DNA of 64,000 nucleotides, taken from the IMG/VR virus record IMGVR_UViG_645058793_000001, positions 1 to 64,000 of that record; one strand, written 5' to 3'. The number at the start of each line of letters is the position of its first letter. Within the stretch, counting starts at the first letter, position 1. The notes beneath the pieces are model-generated. The model was given only the letters and a program-made list of their open reading frames with translations, searched no databases and was not told the origin of the DNA. The stretch is from a virus. The position numbers and the translations under genes were made by a program. This document shows positions 37,709-48,236 of this stretch, piece by piece.

Positions 37709-40700
37709 CTACCCCATAGAACCACGTTGTTCCTTCATCGCTTCGAAAGCTAAACGCTCACTCATTGATTTAGCTGATTCTACGTATGTGTTAGACCTAT
37801 TGTTTTTATTAATCTGATTACCCTCGGTCAATAAGGAAACCATTTTTTGTAGTACCTGAATAACGTCTTGGTTATCGACATTAACTACGGTAGATTGTGG
37901 AGCAGGCTGTTGTTGCTGTGTGCGGAACGTGTCGTTAGCATTAACGATACCCTGCATCTGTCCAGCAACTGGAACCGTACCACCAGTCGCAAACTTAGGA
38001 ATCATACTTGGATCAATTGTCCGTCCAGTATCAGCAGAGAATGCAGACATTGACGACCAAACTTTCGTTCCAGCAGGCAATGGTGTTAGCGTCCAATCAG
38101 CAGGTGAAACGCCTAAGCGTCCTTCAGGTGTTAGGTATGGCTCATTCTTACCACCGTCACCTAGCCAATAGTTACCGTCAGTTGATGCGCCAGAAGTTCC
38201 AGTAGCGAAACCTTCTTTAATCTTTTTATAGATACTTTTGAAAACAGAAGTAATGGTAACTGTTTTACCGTGAACGCTATCAATGCTTGATTTAGCAGAA
38301 CTGACACCACCGTGAGTTTGATTACTTGCATGTAAGTTGGCAGTTTTACCTTGCAAGGAATTGATTGTTCTTTGAGCGCTACCCTTACCTTGTCCAGCTT
38401 GGTTGCTTGCTTGCAATGGTGAGGTTTTACCATGTAAACTATCAATCGTTCCTTGAGCAGATGCTTTACCGGGACCAGCTTGATTAGAACCCTTCAATGG
38501 TGAAGTCTTTCCGTGTAAACTATCTATGGTACCTTGAGCGCCCATAACACCAGGGTGAGTTCTATTCAAAGCCTCAAGTTTTTTCTGAGCAGCTTTCTGC
38601 TTGTTCCAACTTTCGATTTGTTTTCTGGCGGTTGTTGACTTACCACTAGCTAAGTCGTTAGCAATCAACTTCTTCTGAGATGGTGTCAGCTTATTCCAAT
38701 CTTTAAGCTTAATACCAGCACTAGAAAGTAACTTACTTGCACTATCTTTAGCAGTAAGGTTTTTGGCATTTGGCTTAGCAGCATTCCACAAAGCAATTTT
38801 TTGCTTAGCTTTATCAGTTTTTCCAGAAGCCATATCGTTAACAAGAATCTTTTGTTGTTTGGGAGTTAACTTATTCCAATTTTTAACAGAACCAACAGCT
38901 AATTGTGCTTCCTTAGTAGCCATATTTTTTGCAATAATTTTTGCTTGCTTAGGACTAATCTTGTTCCAATCAGCGACTTGTTTCTTAGCACCCTTAACGT
39001 TTCCGCTAGCTAAGTCGTCCGCTAACAACTTTTTCTTTCGTGGTGATAATTTATTATATTGATCAACGCTGACGCCAGCAGTCTTAAGCAACTTAGTAGC
39101 CGCATCAGTTGCTTCAAGTTTTTTCTTACCTGGCTTTAAAGTATTCCAAACGTTAATTCGATTTTTAGCACTATCAACTTTTCCGCTAGATAAATCTTCG
39201 GCAACTAATCGCTTTTCTTTTGGCGACAGTTTATTCCAGTCTTGGAATTTAATACCAGCTTGTGCCAACACCTTACTTGCAGCATCGTTAGCTTTAAGAT
39301 TCTTTGAATCAGCTTTAGATGCGTTCCACAAAGCTACCTTTGCTTTAGCTCGATCGGTGTTTCCTGATGCAAGGTCTTTAACTATCAGGTTCTTAATCTT
39401 AGGATCCATCTTGTCCCATTCGCCTGATTTTTCAAGTGGTTTTATAAGTGCTTCACTAGCTTTATCTTCTGCAATAAAAGCCTTTTCTTCAACACTTAAA
39501 CCATTCCACGAATCCAAACCTTCCATCGCATTTAACAGAACAGCATGACCTTCGTCGTTCTTAAGCATTATTTCTTTTTGTTCTGGTGTCGTATGATTCC
39601 AATTCTCAACATCTTCAACACCTTGCTTGCTTGCAATGTGGAATTGCTTTTGGAATTGTCCCCAGTCGATACCAGCTGCTTGAACAGATGCTTTCAGATT
39701 ATCGTAAGATTTACCATAGTCCTTAACGGATTGTGCTTGGTTGTCCCAATCAATTTTCTTAAGTTGGGTATTGAAATCGCTAACTAACGGCTTGATTGAT
39801 TCAGCATTCTGTTCAAAAAAGTCTTTCCACGCTAAACGTTTTCCTTCTTTACCGCCGATAGCTTTAGCTTGTTCCTTAGCTTGTGTGATTGCATCACCAA
39901 GACTTTGTCCCAGAACTTCACCGTAGTTTTTCATCGATGTACGCAATTGCTTTAATGACAAATCAGATAAGTCAGCGTTATTAATCATGTCTGTCAAAGC
40001 ATCACGTTGTGACTGACTAAATTTTGTGTTGGTTTGAATCTGCTCAGCTAAAATGGCTTTGCGATCCTCTTCCATTTTTGCCATTTCATCTTTGGTTAAT
40101 GAACGATGCTCGTTAGCAGCCTTAGTCAAAATGTCAGTAACTTCTTGCTGTGCATTTGTGACCGTTTGCTTTGAATATTCGTATGATTGATTCTTTTCGT
40201 TCAATGTATCAATCTCTGATTTAGCAGCGGATTTCATTGCAGCCGATGCCGATGGATCGTCTAAGATAGCTTGCAACTTTTTGATACGTGCAGACGTTTT
40301 ATCAATATCACCTTGTACTTGTGAATTAACGACTTGCGCCCATGAACCAAATGCACCAGCAGCGTCTTTAATATTTTCTGGATTGAGCTTAACATTAGAT
40401 AACTTACGCAAAGATATTTCAGCAACATCAGCTTCTTTCTGCATCTTGCTAAATTCTTTAGCTTGCGATTGAGTCATTTTAATGTTGTACTTACCAGTTT
40501 CCTGACGTTCTTTTTCAGCCTTCTTAACCTTGTCCACATGGTCTTTATAAACTTTCCAACCAACGACACCTACCGCAGCGGCAGCAGCTAATCCAAGCAT
40601 TACTGGAACACCAACGCCCATAGTACCGAATAATGCAGCTCCAGCAGTTTTAAGTAACCCAGCTGACTTACCAGCAGTCGCTACTTCCTTGCCAGCTTTA

Positions 40701-43700
40701 CCAGCTGCACCACCAAATTTACCAAGTCCAGCCGCACCAACACCAGTTTGTGCGGCAATTTCTGCAAACGTTAATCCTTTGTTTGCTTCACTTAATAGCT
40801 TAGCCTCTTTACCGGCTTTGCCGGCAGCCGAACCGTAACGTCCGAAGCCCGTAACCGCACCAGCTAACTCAGCCATAGTGGTTACATCTTTAATTCGACC
40901 GGCAATCTTAATGAAACCACTGACGGTTTTAGTAGCAATACCAACACTAGAAACCAATGGTCCAAACACAAGCGCCATCGCCCCTAGTCCAGCACTAGCC
41001 AATGCGGTATTAGCAATTAATGATTTTGTGCCATCAGACAAACCACTAAACCAGTGTATTAATCGTTCAATACCCTGCATCGTTTTGTTGATTGTCGGCA
41101 TCATTGAATCGCCCAGCTGCATGACCACATCATCTAATGTTGCTTTGAATATCTTCATTTGTGACGCAGGGTCTTTCATATTCGCATGAGCCAATTTCTG
41201 AATATATGACCCAGCTTCAGTTGCGTTTGCCCCAACGTCTTTCATTGTTTCACTTAATTGCTTAGTGTTATTCAAAAAGATACCAGCAGCTTGCATACCT
41301 GTTTGGCCAAAGACGGCCTTTAAAATACCCAACTGTTGGTCTTGTGGCAAATCTTTAATAGCACCATTTAATTGTCCAAATATATCAGGCAACGAACGCA
41401 ACTTTGTCTTACCAGTTTTTGCATCAACCTCAGTCAACTTAACACCGAATGAATCCAGTGTATCTTTAGCTGTTGCAGTTGGCGCAGATAGAGATGTCAA
41501 AACTTTACGGAAACCAGTTCCTGCTTTTTCCGCTTCGACACCGTTGTTGCTAAGGACTCCGATTGCACTAGCTGTATCACTAACCGAATAACCAACCGTA
41601 TGAGCTGCTTGTGATACATACGTCATAGCAACTCCCATACCGTGGAAATCGGTAGCCGTAGTATCGGCAGCGTATGCTAACGTATTAGCAACCATACGTG
41701 TGTTTTTCATCTGAGTTGAAGCATCAGTAGAACGTAGGCCAAATCCTTCAAGGGTTGATGTAGTTGTTCTCAACGTATCACTCAAAGAATCTCCAGATGC
41801 CTTTGAAGCGTACATGATGTCTTTTAATGAAGCTAACGCTGACTCACCATCGTAACCACGACGGATCAATTCCTCATAACCCTTAGCAATCGTCTTTTGT
41901 GAATCACCATATTCAAGTGATAACTTACGTCCTTCAACACGCATTTTATTAACCGTGCGTTGTGATTCAGCAGCACCCTCACCAGACGTTTTCAACAAGT
42001 TGTAATTAATGTTGTAAGCGTGAGATAATTCAGCTGCATCTTTGGCGCCTTTAGCAAACGCTCCACCAATCATAGTAGTGTTCATAACGGCATTCATACC
42101 AAAACTCGTCATGGTGCGTCCGGTGTTTCTTAATGAGTTACCAATCTTATTACTACCATCAACGACACGGGCAAATCCTGTGGACATACCCGGTAACGTT
42201 TTAGCAGTCTTGGTAATCTCACCAGCCATACTTGCCATATTAGCTTTGGTGTTAGCAATAGCCACACGTTGTTCACTAATTGCAGATGCATTCTGACGCT
42301 CAGCACTGGTTAATTCATTTAACTTATTAACCTGAGCAGTTAACGTACTACCAAGAATTTTATATTGCTGCGATAGTCCAATGACATGCTCACGATTAGC
42401 TAGCAACGTTTGATTGTTTGCTCGGAACACCGCTTCACTCTCGCGTGTCTTAGCTTGCATCAGTGCTAATTCACGATCCAATGATTTAACTGATTCCTCA
42501 GCTTGCTTAACACTGTTATCGTCAATGCGAATTTTATTTTGTGCTGAATCTTCTTTTAATTGTTGTAAATCTCGACGTAACTCTTTAGCTTTCGTAGACG
42601 ACGAACCAAACTCTTGACTAGCAGACGCCAATGCCGTTTTCAATTGCTTTTGTTTGTCAGCAAGTAACGTCGTTTCAGTTTTTAATCCTGTTTCCTCGGT
42701 ACGTAAAGCATTAGCTTCGTCACCAACCATACGAAAAGTTTCAGCAGAAGCTTTAACACTAGCACGCAATTGTTTAAGATTTTCGTTAACTAATTCTAGA
42801 CCAGTCGACTTCAATGCATAAGCAGCTTGTTTTTCTTCTGATATTAATGAAGTGTACGAAGATTTTAAATCTCGAATAACAGCAATTTGCTCACGATACT
42901 CGTCTGAATTGCGTCCAAATTGATGACCTACTTCTTTCAGAACTGATTGCTCGGCTTTAATCTGTTGTTCGTAAGCTTTAACTGATTCGCCGAGCATTCG
43001 ATAGTTCTTAACTTGGGCACCCTCTTTATCACCCTGTAACTCTAATGCCTGAATATCAGCTCGACGAGTAGCTTCAAGTTCTTTAGTACTAGATGCCAGT
43101 TCTTTTGTGCCAGCTGTCTCTTGTGCTAATGCGACCTTAGCTTCTTTGTATTCACGAGTTAAGTTAGCTTCTTGTAAAGCTAAGTCTTTAACTTGCAACT
43201 CTTGTTTTTCGATTGCATCAGTGTCTTTATCTTTGGCAGATTTCAATTCATTAAGTACAGATTTTTCTGCTAATAATTTTTCTGATAGCTTACTATGTTG
43301 AGCAGTTAAACCAGCAACATTCTTAGCAGCAGCTGTCATTGACTGACCTTGTGCATCAGCTAATTTAATATCAGCTTGCCGAGTTTTATCTAGCAACTCA
43401 TACTCGTGCGAAAGTTTTTGTACTTGATTCTGAGCAGCAATATATCCACTGTTGGTTTTCTTAATCTGCTCATTGGTCTGAGACATTTTCTCGTTAGTGG
43501 TGGCTAACTTACTGGCCAACTTGTCATACTCTGGATTAGTACGTTCGACTGTTTCAGCTGTCTTAGCTAACTGAGCTTGTAGCTTAGCCATTTTTTCAGT
43601 AGCACCTTGACCACCTTGTTTAGCTAATGCCTCAATCTTTTCTTTTAACTGATCATAAACAGGATTAGCTTCACGAGTAACTCTCGCGGTAGCTTCCATT

Positions 43701-43927
43701 TGCCTTGCTAAGTCTTTTGACTCCTGTTCATACAGCTTACTTGTTCGTTGTAATCCTTCAAGTTTTGCCTGATAAGCTTTAACCCAGTTGCCCGAACTCG
43801 ATAATTCACGGAACTGTGTTTTCCACAATGCCGTATTTGTTTTTATCTCTCTTGCTAGGTTCGCCCATTTTCTTACGAAACCAGAATCATCAAGCAACGC
43901 ACGGACAACAATATCGTTTCCTGCCAT
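37709..43927 (-). CDS. tail tape measure protein (2072 aa)
   Basis: Very long coiled-coil protein with a Gly-rich hydrophobic segment, about ten tandem ~40-aa repeats (WNKLSPKEKRL...) and GTIDSLHGKTSPL repeats; position downstream of G/GT. Confidence 0.85.
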   Translation of the reverse strand: MAGNDIVVRALLDDSGFVRKWANLAREIKTNTALWKTQFRELSSSGNWVKAYQAKLEGLQRTSKLYEQESKDLARQMEATARVTREANPVYDQLKEKIEALAKQGGQGATEKMAKLQAQLAKTAETVERTNPEYDKLASKLATTNEKMSQTNEQIKKTNSGYIAAQNQVQKLSHEYELLDKTRQADIKLADAQGQSMTAAAKNVAGLTAQHSKLSEKLLAEKSVLNELKSAKDKDTDAIEKQELQVKDLALQEANLTREYKEAKVALAQETAGTKELASSTKELEATRRADIQALELQGDKEGAQVKNYRMLGESVKAYEQQIKAEQSVLKEVGHQFGRNSDEYREQIAVIRDLKSSYTSLISEEKQAAYALKSTGLELVNENLKQLRASVKASAETFRMVGDEANALRTEETGLKTETTLLADKQKQLKTALASASQEFGSSSTKAKELRRDLQQLKEDSAQNKIRIDDNSVKQAEESVKSLDRELALMQAKTRESEAVFRANNQTLLANREHVIGLSQQYKILGSTLTAQVNKLNELTSAERQNASAISEQRVAIANTKANMASMAGEITKTAKTLPGMSTGFARVVDGSNKIGNSLRNTGRTMTSFGMNAVMNTTMIGGAFAKGAKDAAELSHAYNINYNLLKTSGEGAAESQRTVNKMRVEGRKLSLEYGDSQKTIAKGYEELIRRGYDGESALASLKDIMYASKASGDSLSDTLRTTTSTLEGFGLRSTDASTQMKNTRMVANTLAYAADTTATDFHGMGVAMTYVSQAAHTVGYSVSDTASAIGVLSNNGVEAEKAGTGFRKVLTSLSAPTATAKDTLDSFGVKLTEVDAKTGKTKLRSLPDIFGQLNGAIKDLPQDQQLGILKAVFGQTGMQAAGIFLNNTKQLSETMKDVGANATEAGSYIQKLAHANMKDPASQMKIFKATLDDVVMQLGDSMMPTINKTMQGIERLIHWFSGLSDGTKSLIANTALASAGLGAMALVFGPLVSSVGIATKTVSGFIKIAGRIKDVTTMAELAGAVTGFGRYGSAAGKAGKEAKLLSEANKGLTFAEIAAQTGVGAAGLGKFGGAAGKAGKEVATAGKSAGLLKTAGAALFGTMGVGVPVMLGLAAAAAVGVVGWKVYKDHVDKVKKAEKERQETGKYNIKMTQSQAKEFSKMQKEADVAEISLRKLSNVKLNPENIKDAAGAFGSWAQVVNSQVQGDIDKTSARIKKLQAILDDPSASAAMKSAAKSEIDTLNEKNQSYEYSKQTVTNAQQEVTDILTKAANEHRSLTKDEMAKMEEDRKAILAEQIQTNTKFSQSQRDALTDMINNADLSDLSLKQLRTSMKNYGEVLGQSLGDAITQAKEQAKAIGGKEGKRLAWKDFFEQNAESIKPLVSDFNTQLKKIDWDNQAQSVKDYGKSYDNLKASVQAAGIDWGQFQKQFHIASKQGVEDVENWNHTTPEQKEIMLKNDEGHAVLLNAMEGLDSWNGLSVEEKAFIAEDKASEALIKPLEKSGEWDKMDPKIKNLIVKDLASGNTDRAKAKVALWNASKADSKNLKANDAASKVLAQAGIKFQDWNKLSPKEKRLVAEDLSSGKVDSAKNRINVWNTLKPGKKKLEATDAATKLLKTAGVSVDQYNKLSPRKKKLLADDLASGNVKGAKKQVADWNKISPKQAKIIAKNMATKEAQLAVGSVKNWNKLTPKQQKILVNDMASGKTDKAKQKIALWNAAKPNAKNLTAKDSASKLLSSAGIKLKDWNKLTPSQKKLIANDLASGKSTTARKQIESWNKQKAAQKKLEALNRTHPGVMGAQGTIDSLHGKTSPLKGSNQAGPGKASAQGTIDSLHGKTSPLQASNQAGQGKGSAQRTINSLQGKTANLHASNQTHGGVSSAKSSIDSVHGKTVTITSVFKSIYKKIKEGFATGTSGASTDGNYWLGDGGKNEPYLTPEGRLGVSPADWTLTPLPAGTKVWSSMSAFSADTGRTIDPSMIPKFATGGTVPVAGQMQGIVNANDTFRTQQQQPAPQSTVVNVDNQDVIQVLQKMVSLLTEGNQINKNNRSNTYVESAKSMSERLAFEAMKEQRGSMG

Positions 43928-44498
43928 TATCCAATTCCTTCCTTGGCTGCCTGATTAGAACTAACATAATCAAACAAGCTCATCGTTTGTTCGCCTTGCG
44001 AGTCGCCTGCCTGCTCAGAACCATTTTCAACAAATCGGATAACATCGTCTAAGTCTTGATTCCACGCAGTGTTGACGTCCCACTGATAATTTTGAATCAA
44101 TGAAGTGACGAACCCATCTACTTGTTTGATTGCGTCATCGATTCCAATATTTTTGACGCTTCATCTGATTCAGACAAAGTATCTTCACGAGTTGATTCCC
44201 ATAGGTACACGTCATTGTACAAGTCTGAGATTGCCTTTGGATCAAACTCCTCAAAGTTATCAGCTGGTGTCTCAAACAGTTCTGCTAAGTAATCAATTCG
44301 CAATTCTAGCAATTTAATTTCAGTGTCCAATAGAGCAACACCGTCAAATTCAATATCTTCCTCTAACAACTCGTTGAACTTCTGTCGTTCCTTTTCGAGT
44401 TTTTGTTCTGCAACCAATGCCTTGCGGAATGACCCAACTGTACGTGTCAACGTCTTAACTGAACCATCTACAAACTTAAATGTTTTCGTTACTGCCAT
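43927..44498 (-). CDS. tail assembly chaperone GT fusion via programmed -1 frameshift
   Basis: The -1 frame is open from the A-run TCAAAAATA (about 44150) through the whole 190-nt gap and stops at TAA overlapping the tape-measure ATG (ggaTAATGg). Confidence 0.45.
44118..44498 (-). CDS. tail assembly chaperone (gpG-like)
   Basis: 126-aa acidic protein immediately upstream of the tape measure. Confidence 0.6.
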   Translation of the reverse strand: MAVTKTFKFVDGSVKTLTRTVGSFRKALVAEQKLEKERQKFNELLEEDIEFDGVALLDTEIKLLELRIDYLAELFETPADNFEEFDPKAISDLYNDVYLWESTREDTLSESDEASKILESMTQSNK

Positions 44499-44660
44499 GA
44501 TTTAATTACCTCTTTTATTTAAAATATGTATGCCAGAGTTATCGCACCCTGACTGAGCGACAATGCCTTTTTATTTTAGGAGGCAAGGTCTTATATGTAT
44601 GGTAGCAATTAAGCTACCGTAATTTTTGCAGTGGTCGTACCTACTATGGTGTTACTCACC

Positions 44661-45242
44661 TTAGGCGTTACTCGCTGTACCGAAAGCCAATGCTTCGAAC
44701 TTTGCACGCGTAACTTCATTTTCACCAACCACACCTTCTGCATAAGTAAATCCTTGCTTGTTGCTAACAGCATGGAATACCAATGAGTCGGTTGTGTTTT
44801 GAACTGAGGCGTTGTTTGTTTGTGGATTAACATCACCACGAGTGAATGTTCCACGGAACAATGCCATCAATGCTTCGTTGTTGTCTTTGTCATGTGACAC
44901 AGCCATGATGGTTGCGTATGCAGGATTAGAATCCTTACCGTGCAACCATGCACCTGAGGCCTCGTCTTGTTGGTAACCTAGCAAACGTGCAGTCAAGTCA
45001 CCTGGAATATCCAAGGCGTTGAATGTTGCTTGCACATCACCAGTACCAGCTGACAATGTTAGGAAAGCACCGTCACCAGCATAAAGAGTAGTTGGTGACT
45101 TTGAAAGGTTTTGCAAGTTAAATCCAGTTGGACCACCATTTGAATTGTCCAGCGTATAGATGTCAGCAGCTGCAATAGTTGGGTCAGTTGAAGACTTGTG
45201 AATACCAATCTTCACTTCTGACAAACCTTGTAGTAATGTCAT
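44661..45242 (-). CDS. major tail protein
   Basis: 193 aa, composition and position typical of a TP901-1-like major tail protein. Confidence 0.7.
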   Translation of the reverse strand: MTLLQGLSEVKIGIHKSSTDPTIAAADIYTLDNSNGGPTGFNLQNLSKSPTTLYAGDGAFLTLSAGTGDVQATFNALDIPGDLTARLLGYQQDEASGAWLHGKDSNPAYATIMAVSHDKDNNEALMALFRGTFTRGDVNPQTNNASVQNTTDSLVFHAVSNKQGFTYAEGVVGENEVTRAKFEALAFGTASNA

Positions 45243-45257
45243 GTTTATTTTCTCCTT

Positions 45258-45665
45258 CTATATAAAAGAGCTGCCATCAGACAGCCCTTCGTAACGCAAT
45301 GTTATTTTTAATTGACTTGTTTCCTCGTCTAAATCGTGTCCTAAGTTATCGATTGGAAACCAATGATTTTCTTCCATTAATCGATTAAGTTGCCATTCAA
45401 ACTTATCCACATCAACTCCTTTTTTGTACCAGACCTGAATCTGAAACCGTTGTCTAAGTTTTCTGGCATGGTCGCCAGCATACTCATCGGGTGTGTTTCT
45501 GATTTCATCTAATAGGAGCAATGTGAAGTCATCTCGTTTAACAAACTCACTAGGAATGCGATACGAAAAAACGCCCCGTGTATCTAAGTCACCAACCAGA
45601 ACTTTATCTAGTGGCAAGTCAGACGCACGGAGCAAGTCTTTTAATTTATTTATAATCATTATCAA
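45258..45665 (-). CDS. tail completion/terminator protein
   Basis: Position between neck proteins and major tail. Confidence 0.4.
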   Translation of the reverse strand: MIMIINKLKDLLRASDLPLDKVLVGDLDTRGVFSYRIPSEFVKRDDFTLLLLDEIRNTPDEYAGDHARKLRQRFQIQVWYKKGVDVDKFEWQLNRLMEENHWFPIDNLGHDLDEETSQLKITLRYEGLSDGSSFI

Positions 45666-46261
45666 AGTCCTTTGGCGTGTAACTTAGCGATGAATGCTTT
45701 ACGCATATCCTCAACCGCAGCCGCACGTTTTTCTTCGACACCTTGATCAACGAAATGAAGACCTTGAAAGCTTCGACTACCTGAATCAACGGTTTTTAAC
45801 TTGTAGCGATAATTACGTCCAGTACTATTAACAAAGTGTGGACGATTATCAACCACGAAGTGTCCCTCATCAACAAATTTCCAGTAGTAACCTTCGGACG
45901 GGAACTCGACATCAGTTGCAGCCATATTTTCAGGGCTATGCAATTTAATAACGTTTTCCAACCCAAGAAAGTGTTGTTGACGATTAGTGAAGGTTGTACC
46001 GTCTGGTGTAGTATGAGGCTTAGAACCACCAGTATTATCAGTCTTACTCTTAAGTGAATCCTGAATTCCTAATTGTGCTTGCCTTGCACCTTGTTCAGTA
46101 ATCTGTTGTTTCTCTGCAATTGATAGATTAATCTGGTCAGCAATTTTATTTAACCCTGATAGGTCAATGTCTAAATCCATTTCCATATTAAGTACCTCCT
46201 GCATTGCGGTATGTACGATTAACACCATTACCACGTTGTAATGTGAGCAAGTCGTAACCAC
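45662..46261 (-). CDS. HK97 gp10-like neck protein
   Basis: Position and size. Confidence 0.45.
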   Translation of the reverse strand: MVTTCSHYNVVMVLIVHTAMQEVLNMEMDLDIDLSGLNKIADQINLSIAEKQQITEQGARQAQLGIQDSLKSKTDNTGGSKPHTTPDGTTFTNRQQHFLGLENVIKLHSPENMAATDVEFPSEGYYWKFVDEGHFVVDNRPHFVNSTGRNYRYKLKTVDSGSRSFQGLHFVDQGVEEKRAAAVEDMRKAFIAKLHAKGL

Positions 46262-46571
46262 GTGGATCTCTTAAGTCTCCCCATGGTGATACACGAACCA
46301 CGACATACTCAATATCATCGATATGCGCTAACATATTGATGTGAACTTTGCCCTGATCTTTAATTGCGTACACCTGATCTTCTTGCTGGTTTGGGCCTTC
46401 GTTTCCAACTTGTTCGTGATAAAGAATGCGGTATGGTGAAGTCCATAAAAAGAAATCTTTCACGAATTCTTGTCGTACAATACCGTCTTGGTCTTCGTGG
46501 GATTGATAATGACCGAATGTTATTTTTTGATTGAATCTAGGTAACTCAACGTACTTCTGTAATCGTGCCAT
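46188..46571 (-). CDS. head-tail joining (head closure) protein
   Basis: Position and size. Confidence 0.4.
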   Translation of the reverse strand: MARLQKYVELPRFNQKITFGHYQSHEDQDGIVRQEFVKDFFLWTSPYRILYHEQVGNEGPNQQEDQVYAIKDQGKVHINMLAHIDDIEYVVVRVSPWGDLRDPRGYDLLTLQRGNGVNRTYRNAGGT

Positions 46572-46881
46572 TGTTTTGCTCCCACACCATGTAATCAGCT
46601 TTCATTTCTAAGATTAAATCATTGTACCCAGTCGGTGTTTTATACAAGTTAACATCAGTCGTAGCAGAACGATTTAAGTAGTCATTTGCAGTTAGTTTCA
46701 AAATCGCTAACACATAACTTGGATTGTCCACAAAGAAACTTTCTTGTGTGCCAACAGCATGACGTACGGTTCTGTCAGCTGATTGAATCATGGTTTTTAA
46801 AATATCATCTTCATCGTTGAATACGATACGTAAATTTTGTTTTACTAATTTCAAGATATCGGAGTATACTTCATCAGTCAT
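46546..46881 (-). CDS. gp6-like head-tail connector protein
   Basis: Position and size. Confidence 0.45.
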   Translation of the reverse strand: MTDEVYSDILKLVKQNLRIVFNDEDDILKTMIQSADRTVRHAVGTQESFFVDNPSYVLAILKLTANDYLNRSATTDVNLYKTPTGYNDLILEMKADYMVWEQNNGTITEVR

Positions 46882-46925
46882 AAAAAGTTATCTCCTTAAT
46901 AACGGGCGTCCCACCCGCTCGGTAG

Positions 46926-47837
46926 TTAAATATGCTTACTGGCGGTAATTGCCTGTACGTATTTGTACGAGGCTTTCTGTTTATTAACAAACGATAAATC
47001 ATCATCGAACGGTTCATGATCAATATAGTTACCTTTAAAAAAAAGATCGTTCATATCACTTATGACACCAGCATTATGAAATAATTTATGTTCATAATAT
47101 TTTTCAATATCATCGACTGCCCAACTAAATGACAGTTCGTCGGTGACCGTTGGAACAATATTGAATGCAGCTAAAGTCCAAACTTGCGCATACATCTCGG
47201 CCGTCCACGATTGGATATACCCTCCTGTTGATTGGCCAATGTCTGTTTTGTTTGGAATTGATTGAAAGTAGTTATAGATGTCGATACAGTTATGATAAAC
47301 CTGAAACCAGTAATCTGATTTTGGTTTATCAATAAACCATTGTGCACCACCCATACCTCTATCGATTTCTTTTAATTGATTAGTTGTTACACCAACAATA
47401 TCATTCATCTTTGCAACTATTTCGTCACCACATGGACGTGTACTAACGTATGTATAATTTGTATATCCTAGCGTATCGGCACAATACCATCTATTAGTTG
47501 ATAAATTATCAGGAGTAACAGGCAACTCTCGAAAGATAATATCACTATCTATATATAGGTAGGAACTTGTTTCTCGTTGACTATCCTCTGATAAAAATTG
47601 CCACCAAAGATATGGTCGAATACTAGGAATATACTTTTTATCCACACGATTATCAGTGTACGTATGTGTCTCAACACCAAACTTGCTACGGAAGTAATCA
47701 GCATAATCGTTACTATCACTAGCAAACAAAAGCACTACGTCATTTAATGGAAAATGTAAGTTATCTAAATTATTTAGAAGGACTTTCAATTCCCACTTAA
47801 AGCGCAATACTGTTGGTTGTGCTAATAGTATTTTCAT
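46926..47837 (-). CDS. GT8-family (LgtC-like) glycosyltransferase
   Basis: N-terminal VVLLFASDSNDYADYF matches the GT8 IVFAADDNYAAYL box; DXD motif in YLYIDSDIIF matches LgtC LYLDIDVLV. Confidence 0.55.
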   Translation of the reverse strand: MKILLAQPTVLRFKWELKVLLNNLDNLHFPLNDVVLLFASDSNDYADYFRSKFGVETHTYTDNRVDKKYIPSIRPYLWWQFLSEDSQRETSSYLYIDSDIIFRELPVTPDNLSTNRWYCADTLGYTNYTYVSTRPCGDEIVAKMNDIVGVTTNQLKEIDRGMGGAQWFIDKPKSDYWFQVYHNCIDIYNYFQSIPNKTDIGQSTGGYIQSWTAEMYAQVWTLAAFNIVPTVTDELSFSWAVDDIEKYYEHKLFHNAGVISDMNDLFFKGNYIDHEPFDDDLSFVNKQKASYKYVQAITASKHI

Positions 47838-48190
47838 TAAGCCTTAGGAGCCTCCGTGGTTGTAGTTGTGGTTGGGGCTACCGTAGTCGTCGTTGTCGTA
47901 GTAGGCTTTGACGTAGTAGTGGTAGTTGTTGTCGGAGCCACTGTTGTGGTTGTCGTTGTTGTAGTTGGTTTAGCTGTCGTTGTAGTTGTTGTCGGCTTTG
48001 GAGTGGTTGTCGTCGTTGTTGTAGGCTCTGCCTGTGTCTTAAACGACAATTCAGTCTTCGCTGATTGGCCAGCATAGGCAACCGCATAGTTGTCATATTG
48101 TGTCGCTGGCTTTAATCCAGTAATTTCGATAGGTGACTCAACGCCAGCTTGGTCGACCTTACCGTCTTTGTATAAATCGAATTTAGCCAT
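47837..48190 (-). CDS. Ig-like head decoration-type protein with long poly-threonine tail
   Basis: N-terminal Ig/FN3-like domain of about 50 aa followed by (T7-8 X P/K) repeats. Confidence 0.5.
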   Translation of the reverse strand: MAKFDLYKDGKVDQAGVESPIEITGLKPATQYDNYAVAYAGQSAKTELSFKTQAEPTTTTTTTPKPTTTTTTAKPTTTTTTTTVAPTTTTTTTSKPTTTTTTTVAPTTTTTTEAPKA

Positions 48191-48236
48191 TAGTTAATTC
48201 ACCTCAATTTCTGCACTATTAGCGGTGGTAGTTATC

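Noticed and set aside
37868-43301. Many plus-strand ORFs (60-108 aa) inside the tape-measure gene, and likewise inside the Tal gene (29916-36236), terminase, portal and capsid genes
   Set aside because: They lie antisense to, or out of frame with, long well-supported genes, have no RBS and low-complexity translations, as expected for spurious ORFs in AT-biased coding DNA.
47856-48096. ORFs 47856-48077 (+) and 47878-48096 (-) translating to poly-Val and Gln/Arg/Leu repeats
   Set aside because: They are frame and strand artefacts of the ACN-repeat DNA that encodes the poly-Thr tail of the 47837-48190 gene.
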